Of a DNA stretch of 32,000 nt, positions 27,967 to 32,000 are shown in pieces. The translations under genes and the position numbers were made by a program. The notes beneath the pieces were generated by a model. It worked only from the letters and a program-made list of their open reading frames with translations. It was not told where the DNA came from and did not search any database. How positions within the stretch are numbered: position 1 is the stretch's first letter; every line of letters starts with the position of its first letter. Origin of the DNA: Candidatus Electronema halotolerans (GTDB taxonomy: Bacteria; Desulfobacterota; Desulfobulbia; Desulfobulbales; Desulfobulbaceae); NCBI GenBank assembly GCA_942493095.1, contig OW818675.1, positions 990,001 through 1,022,000 on the forward strand, written 5' to 3'.

Positions 27967-28221
27967 ATGACAATCGCAGAACGTATTTACCAGCAGAGCA
28001 GGAAACTTCCTGAAGCGCAGGCCCAGAGTGTGCGCCTGCGCCGGAACAAGGCGCGGCAGCAGGAGGCCGCCGACATGAGCGAGTTTGACCAGTTCGGCGC
28101 GGTATATGATGGAACCTTTGATCGGAATACCTGCTATGACCGGCCTGTGCAACAGCAGCATGGACAGCTTATTGACGGCAGCCTGACTATCGTCAATCCA
28201 TTTGCAGAGGACACAGCATGA
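27967..28221 (+). CDS. hypothetical 84-aa protein, possibly a decayed antitoxin/toxin mosaic
   Basis: AGGAGG lies 4 nt upstream of the ATG. The stop overlaps the TPR gene 2 start (ATGA at 28218-28221). The N-terminus MTIAERIYQQSRKLPEAQAQ resembles DUF2281-type antitoxin N-termini. The C-terminal LTIVNPF resembles a PIN toxin end. Confidence 0.5.
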   Translation: MTIAERIYQQSRKLPEAQAQSVRLRRNKARQQEAADMSEFDQFGAVYDGTFDRNTCYDRPVQQQHGQLIDGSLTIVNPFAEDTA

Positions 28222-29678
28222 ACGACCAATTCCACAACAGCGGCCCTGGCGAGCAGAATGTTGCGCAGGGCGACAGGGCTGTTGGCAAGCAGGAGAACAA
28301 CTTCTTCTACCGTCTGCTGGGCCGTATCTTCACGTCCGGCAACCAGTCCCCGGCGATTGGGGCGGGCCGCGATGTGCAGGCCATAGAGCAGCTTGAGGAC
28401 GCAGCCAAGCAGCGGCGCATCTCCGCAGCAGCTGACACCAATGTCTCCCAAGCGATTGCCCAGCGCCTCCAGTTGCGCTACGCCAAGGCTGCCGCGTACT
28501 GGCAGAAGGCCGCTGCCCTGCTGCCGGAAGACAAGAAGCAGGAACGCTCACTTTATCTGCACAACGCAGGCTATGACTTTGACCGTGTTGCCCGCTACAA
28601 GGAAGCCCTGCCCCTGTATGAGCAGAGCTTGGCAATAGACCGGGAGATCGGTGACAAGGCAGGGGAAAGCGCAATGCTGAACAACATCGGCGAGATTTAT
28701 CGGGCGCAGGGCGACTACAGCACGGCTCTGAAGTATTTTGAGCAGAGCCTTGGCATCCGCCGGGAGAATGGCGATAAGGCAGGGGAAGGCCAATCACTGA
28801 ACAACATCGGCCAGATTTACGATGCCAAGGGCGACTACAGCACTGCCCTGACCTATTTAAAGCAGAGCCTTGCCATCAGCCGGGAGATTGGCGACAAGGC
28901 AGTAGAAGGCGCAACGCTGAGTAACATCGGTGCGCTTCACCATGCGCGGTGCGACTACAGCACTGCCCTGACCTGTTTAGAGCAGAGCCTTGGCATCAGC
29001 CGGGAGATTGGCGACAAGGCAGGCGAAGGCACGATGCTGAACAACATCAGCCAGATTTACGATGCGCGGGGCGACTCCAGCACTGCCCTGACCTATTTAG
29101 AGCAGAGCCTTGCCATCAGCCGGGAGATCGGCGACAGGGCGGGCGAAGGCACGACGCTGAACAACATCAGCCAGATTTACAAGGCGCGGGGCAACTACGC
29201 TGCGGCCCTCACGTATCTGGAGCAGAGCTTGGACATCAGCCAAGAGATCGGTGACAGGGCGGTCGAAGGCGCGACGCTGAACAATATCGGCCAGATTTAC
29301 GATGCGCGGGGCGACTACGCTGCCGCCCTGAAGTATCTGGAGCAGAGCTTGGCAATCCGCCAAGAGATCGGCGACAAGGCGGGCGAAGGCGCGACGCTGA
29401 GTAATATTGGTGCGCTTCACCATGCTAAGGGTGACTACGCTGCGGCCCTCAAGTATCTGAAGCAGAGCTTGGCCATCAGCAAAGAGATCGGCGACAGGCG
29501 CGGGGAAGCAGTGATGAGTTGGAATATTGGCCGTGTTTACGAAGATCAGGGCGACCTTGTCAAGGCGGAGCAGCATATCAGCCGGGCGGTGCAGCTTATG
29601 GAGGAGATAGGCCATCCTAAATTGGAGGAATGCCGCGAGGGATTGGCAGACATTCGCGCCGAGCTACGGGGCCGGTAG
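28218..29678 (+). CDS. tetratricopeptide-repeat protein (8 x 40-aa TPR units), copy 2
   Basis: 486 aa. The first 19 codons are nearly identical to copy 1 at the nucleotide level. The N-terminal region is shorter. It has 8 TPR units and a highly similar C-terminal cap (AEQHISRAVQL.EEIGHP). Confidence 0.9.
   Translation: MNDQFHNSGPGEQNVAQGDRAVGKQENNFFYRLLGRIFTSGNQSPAIGAGRDVQAIEQLEDAAKQRRISAAADTNVSQAIAQRLQLRYAKAAAYWQKAAALLPEDKKQERSLYLHNAGYDFDRVARYKEALPLYEQSLAIDREIGDKAGESAMLNNIGEIYRAQGDYSTALKYFEQSLGIRRENGDKAGEGQSLNNIGQIYDAKGDYSTALTYLKQSLAISREIGDKAVEGATLSNIGALHHARCDYSTALTCLEQSLGISREIGDKAGEGTMLNNISQIYDARGDSSTALTYLEQSLAISREIGDRAGEGTTLNNISQIYKARGNYAAALTYLEQSLDISQEIGDRAVEGATLNNIGQIYDARGDYAAALKYLEQSLAIRQEIGDKAGEGATLSNIGALHHAKGDYAAALKYLKQSLAISKEIGDRRGEAVMSWNIGRVYEDQGDLVKAEQHISRAVQLMEEIGHPKLEECREGLADIRAELRGR
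28605..29564 (+). repeat. 8 tandem 120-bp coding repeats inside TPR gene 2
   Basis: Same 120-bp period and phase as in copy 1. The units are more diverged from each other than in copy 1. Confidence 0.9.
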
Positions 29679-29689
29679 GGTCGTAGGTC

Positions 29690-29730
29690 GTAGGGACAAT
29701 TCATGAATTGTCCCTGCATGAATTGTCCCT
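29690..29730. repeat. palindromic element downstream of TPR gene 2
   Basis: GTAGGGACAATTC-at-GAATTGTCCCTGC plus a third GAATTGTCCCT. This is the duplicate of 27819-27859. Confidence 0.85.
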
Positions 29731-29765
29731 GCGGAATGCGGCAGGCAATAGGCACACCGGCCCGT

Positions 29766-29926
29766 CCGCACATCTCTCCTCAGAGCCGCAGCACATGTAC
29801 AGATGTGCTCGCCGTTCATGGCTGCATGTACACCCCAGCACATCTCTCCTTGCGCGGGCAGCACATCTCCGCATGTACGCCCCAGCACATCTGCAGATGT
29901 ACACAGACGCACATCTCTGCATGTAC
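29766..29926. repeat. array of ~24-bp degenerate units (C)AGCACATCT ... GCATGTAC; iteron/operator-like
   Basis: GCACATCT-type motif starts at 29766, 29789, 29836, 29859, 29883 and 29907, giving spacings of 23, 47, 23, 24 and 24. Partner motif GCATGTAC/AGATGTAC is at 29824, 29871, 29895 and 29919. There is a 14-bp perfect palindrome ACATCTGCAGATGT at 29887-29900. Two further motif copies are at 27897 and 27920. Confidence 0.8.
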
Positions 29927-29962
29927 AGGAGCCGCAGGCCAGCCTGCGCCCTGCGTATATCC

Positions 29963-29991
29963 TTGACAAATGCGGGCGGGCGGCGTAGGAT
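29963..29991 (+). promoter_or_regulatory. sigma70-like promoter upstream of the HU/DUF4469-like gene
   Basis: TTGACA (29963-29968), a 17-nt spacer, then TAGGAT (29986-29991), about 60 nt before the ATG at 30050. Confidence 0.4.
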
Positions 29992-30049
29992 ATGCCGGTT
30001 GTAATCTTCCGCACTCATATCATGCAGTTCCTTCCCAAGGAGAAAAGCT

Positions 30050-31129
30050 ATGGCAACGATTCAATGGCGGCCTGAAGTCAACGCGCTCACCACGCCGCAG
30101 TCCTACTGGATTCGCTTCATGCCGCGCAACACAGCGGGCCGGAAAGACATTGCCGCCGACATCGCCCGGATGCACCCGAATTTCAATGAGGCTGACATCC
30201 TGACCATTTTGAATGCCCACGACGAGGCGGTCCAGACGCGCCTGCTCAACGGCGAGCAGGTGACAATGGAGGGCAGCTTCAGCTATTTCCTCTCCTTCAC
30301 CGGCAGATTGGACAACCCGGACGACCCGTTGCCGCCCTTGGATGACTGCCTGCATGTCAACGTGCGCGTCTCGCAGGCTTTTCTGGATGCCCTGCGCCGG
30401 GACGGGCAGGCCGAACGGCTGCCGGAAGAGAAAAAGCTGCCCCTGATCAGCTCGGCTCAAGACAGCCTGCTCAAGCTCAAGGACGTGCTCAACCCGGACG
30501 GCGTGCTCCTGCTCACCGGCGATGACCTCTACTTTGACCAGACTGCGCCGGACGCGGGCCAGTGCGTCCTTGCAGGCACGCAGAGCGGCAGCAGCAGCCA
30601 GAGCCGCCTGCTCAGAGTCGAGCCGGGCGAAATCATGCTCATGCCGGAGATTCCGACGCAAGCGCAGCCGTGGAACAATGAATACACGGTCTCGGTCAGC
30701 ACCCGCTACACTGAGCACGGCACGCTGCGCACTGGCACTTACGGGCGGATGCTGCGCACCCCGCTGACCTTGACCAATATGGGCCATCCCAACCCGCCCG
30801 AAGTCGGCATCCTCAGCAGCAAGGAGAGCAGCCCCTTAGTCAGCGTCACCGGCGGCAGCGTCAGTGCGGATGCAACTTTGCGCATTCAGGCGGTCATTGA
30901 TACGCGGCAGGACCTGCTCCTCCTCAGCCTGCTCGACATGAGCGAGGGCGGACAGAGCGGCGCGGCTGTGACTGTCACTGCAAACGGCGACTTCACCTTG
31001 CCCGGCTTCAGCGGCTCGGCAGTCAGCAGCCTTGATATTCGGGTCAATGACTATGCGGCCCTGAAATCCCTGATCCGCAACAATTACAGCAGTCGGCTGG
31101 TCGATGTGCTCAAGGTGGAGACGGCGTAA
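30050..31129 (+). CDS. HU-like (HU-CCDC81-type) DNA-binding domain protein with a DUF4469-like Ig-fold middle region
   Basis: 359 aa with AAGGAG 7 nt upstream. The N-terminus ...GRKDIAADIARMHPNFNEADILTILNAHDEAVQTRLLNGEQVTMEGSFSYFLSF resembles HU-fold proteins fused to DUF4469. Assignment is from memory of the family pattern only. Confidence 0.6.
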   Translation: MATIQWRPEVNALTTPQSYWIRFMPRNTAGRKDIAADIARMHPNFNEADILTILNAHDEAVQTRLLNGEQVTMEGSFSYFLSFTGRLDNPDDPLPPLDDCLHVNVRVSQAFLDALRRDGQAERLPEEKKLPLISSAQDSLLKLKDVLNPDGVLLLTGDDLYFDQTAPDAGQCVLAGTQSGSSSQSRLLRVEPGEIMLMPEIPTQAQPWNNEYTVSVSTRYTEHGTLRTGTYGRMLRTPLTLTNMGHPNPPEVGILSSKESSPLVSVTGGSVSADATLRIQAVIDTRQDLLLLSLLDMSEGGQSGAAVTVTANGDFTLPGFSGSAVSSLDIRVNDYAALKSLIRNNYSSRLVDVLKVETA

Positions 31130-31277
31130 GGTGGTGCAGGGGCAAAAGATTTTTTGCCCCTGCGAGGTGTTATGAACGACGGCGTAAGGTGGTGTGGTAG
31201 ATATCCAATATCCAGCCTGATCTCATAATACAAGGGGCGAAAGATTTTTCGCCCCTACTCAAGGTGGAGACGGCGTA
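31109..31277. repeat. duplicated gene 3' end plus twin hairpins
   Basis: The 20-mer CTCAAGGTGGAGACGGCGTA occurs at 31109-31128 (the last codons LKVETA) and again at 31258-31277. The 17-mer GACGGCGTAAGGTGGTG occurs at 31120 and 31178. Hairpins are CAGGGGCAAAA-gatt-TTTTGCCCCTG (31137-31162) and AGGGGCGAAA-gatt-TTTCGCCCCT (31233-31256). Confidence 0.85.
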
Positions 31278-31404
31278 GAGCTGAAGCAGCGCTTTTGCAC
31301 AGAGAGTTCCTTAGCCACGGCATTTTCGTCTTGTCTATATGGCCTCGAACATGTTACGTTATGGTTATTTTTCTGTTCAAACTTGATGCAAAAAGGAGGA
31401 AGTC

Positions 31405-31812
31405 ATGTTCGAGGCCTCGACAGAGGCGGTGCAGGTGCTGGCCGCTTATCTTGAGGAACGTGGGATTGAGGTGCCTGTCCGCATCATTCCCATGTCTGGA
31501 AACTGCGCCGGGCCGCATCTGCGGCTGCGGACAGGACAGGTGAAGGAAAACGACCGGGTCTTCCGGCAGGGCGGCATCACCTTTGTCGTGGATCAGGAGC
31601 TGCTGGCTGAATGCGGCTTGATCCGCATGGACTATATGGAGCTGGGCAGTTCCTGCTGCTGCAGCGGCGGCTGTGCTGGCTTCCGCATCAGGGGCGAGAG
31701 AAAATATCCTTTTGTCGGCAGGTGCGCCACTGATGCCAGCCAGTGCGATCATCGCTGCGGCCTTGCCGAGCCGGAGCAGGAGGGCTTGTCGATCTTTGAG
31801 CCGTCGCAGTAA
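31405..31812 (+). CDS. HesB/IscA-like domain protein with a Cys-rich C-terminal extension
   Basis: 135 aa with AAGGAGGAAG 3 nt upstream. N-terminal fold-like pattern is ...VRIIPMSGNCAGPHLRLRTGQ...GGITFVVDQELL....IRMDY. It is then followed by SSCCCSGGCAGF and C..C..C. Confidence 0.55.
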   Translation: MFEASTEAVQVLAAYLEERGIEVPVRIIPMSGNCAGPHLRLRTGQVKENDRVFRQGGITFVVDQELLAECGLIRMDYMELGSSCCCSGGCAGFRIRGERKYPFVGRCATDASQCDHRCGLAEPEQEGLSIFEPSQ

Positions 31813-31940
31813 AAAAAATTGTACACTTTTTTATTTTTTGCACTATAGTATGACCTCAGCAACGTGAAGCACGTTGGCCGCTCCGCAGGCTGAAGTCTGC
31901 GAGACCTCATTTTTCCACACTCAATCGGAAGGTTTTCGCC

Positions 31941-32000
31941 ATGATTTGTTCAACACGCACCCTTATTTTTCTTTTCTGCACCATGCTTGTTTCTTCTCCT
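31941..32000 (+). CDS. 5' end of an unknown secreted or membrane protein (partial; runs off the window)
   Basis: ATG at 31941 with GGAAGG upstream. MICSTRTLIFLFCTMLVSSP looks like a signal peptide. Only 20 codons are visible. Confidence 0.3.
   Translation, partial: MICSTRTLIFLFCTMLVSSP

Noticed and set aside
26029-28161. Large minus-strand ORFs across the TPR genes (26029..27009-, 27028..28161-, 29097..29615-)
   Set aside because: They are reverse-complement reading frames of the 120-bp TPR repeats and are themselves repetitive (LLQILEGRSVVAPRLVNLADVVQRRAF...). The plus-strand TPR reading has canonical TPR consensus and RBSs.
29703-29966. Cys/His-rich 87-aa ORF starting MNCPCMNCPC, and the equivalent long start at 27832 for the 84-aa ORF
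   Set aside because: The start codons lie inside the palindromic DNA element and there is no RBS. The repetitive HIS/CT residues simply mirror the 24-bp DNA repeat. A strong AGGAGG precedes the internal ATG at 27967.
31819-31849. Possible promoter TTGTAC-19 nt-TATAGT upstream of the partial ORF at the window end
   Set aside because: The -35 box is imperfect and the spacer is long, in a generally AT-rich stretch. The downstream gene is too incomplete to support the call.

Overview
This is a GC-rich bacterial chromosomal segment. Gene content and protein sequences look Desulfobacterota-like, but that is inference only because no search was possible. Backbone genes are radC, yjbQ, an RNase II/R-family exoribonuclease, an RCK-gated K+ channel, hslV-hslU, ispG and an aconitase. 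Accessory content is interleaved with them. (i) At 171-4805, three paralogous ~40-aa basic peptides share an almost identical N-terminal 33 aa and have unrelated short C-terminal tails. They flank a 742-aa glutamine-dependent asparagine-synthetase-family enzyme with a C-terminal PqqD/RRE-like extension. This is my best candidate for an undescribed (RiPP-like) system. One peptide gene has a G10 tract inside its promoter spacer, and another was hit exactly at its stop codon by a complete IS66-family element with an 8-bp TSD. (ii) A LysM/FecR/Ig secreted protein is translationally coupled to a hybrid histidine kinase whose 3' end runs into a vapC (PIN) remnant. (iii) A NACHT-like NTPase is fused to a cysteine-less FGE-sulfatase domain. 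(iv) An orphan 4-repeat CRISPR mini-array sits between ispG and aconitase, with no cas genes in the window. (v) A ~2.1-kb tandem duplication of a TPR gene has perfect 120-bp internal repeats and palindromic 3' elements. A 23-24-bp periodic GCACATCT motif array lies upstream of an HU/DUF4469-like gene. No rRNA or tRNA genes were recognised. Many long antisense ORFs in the track are judged spurious.
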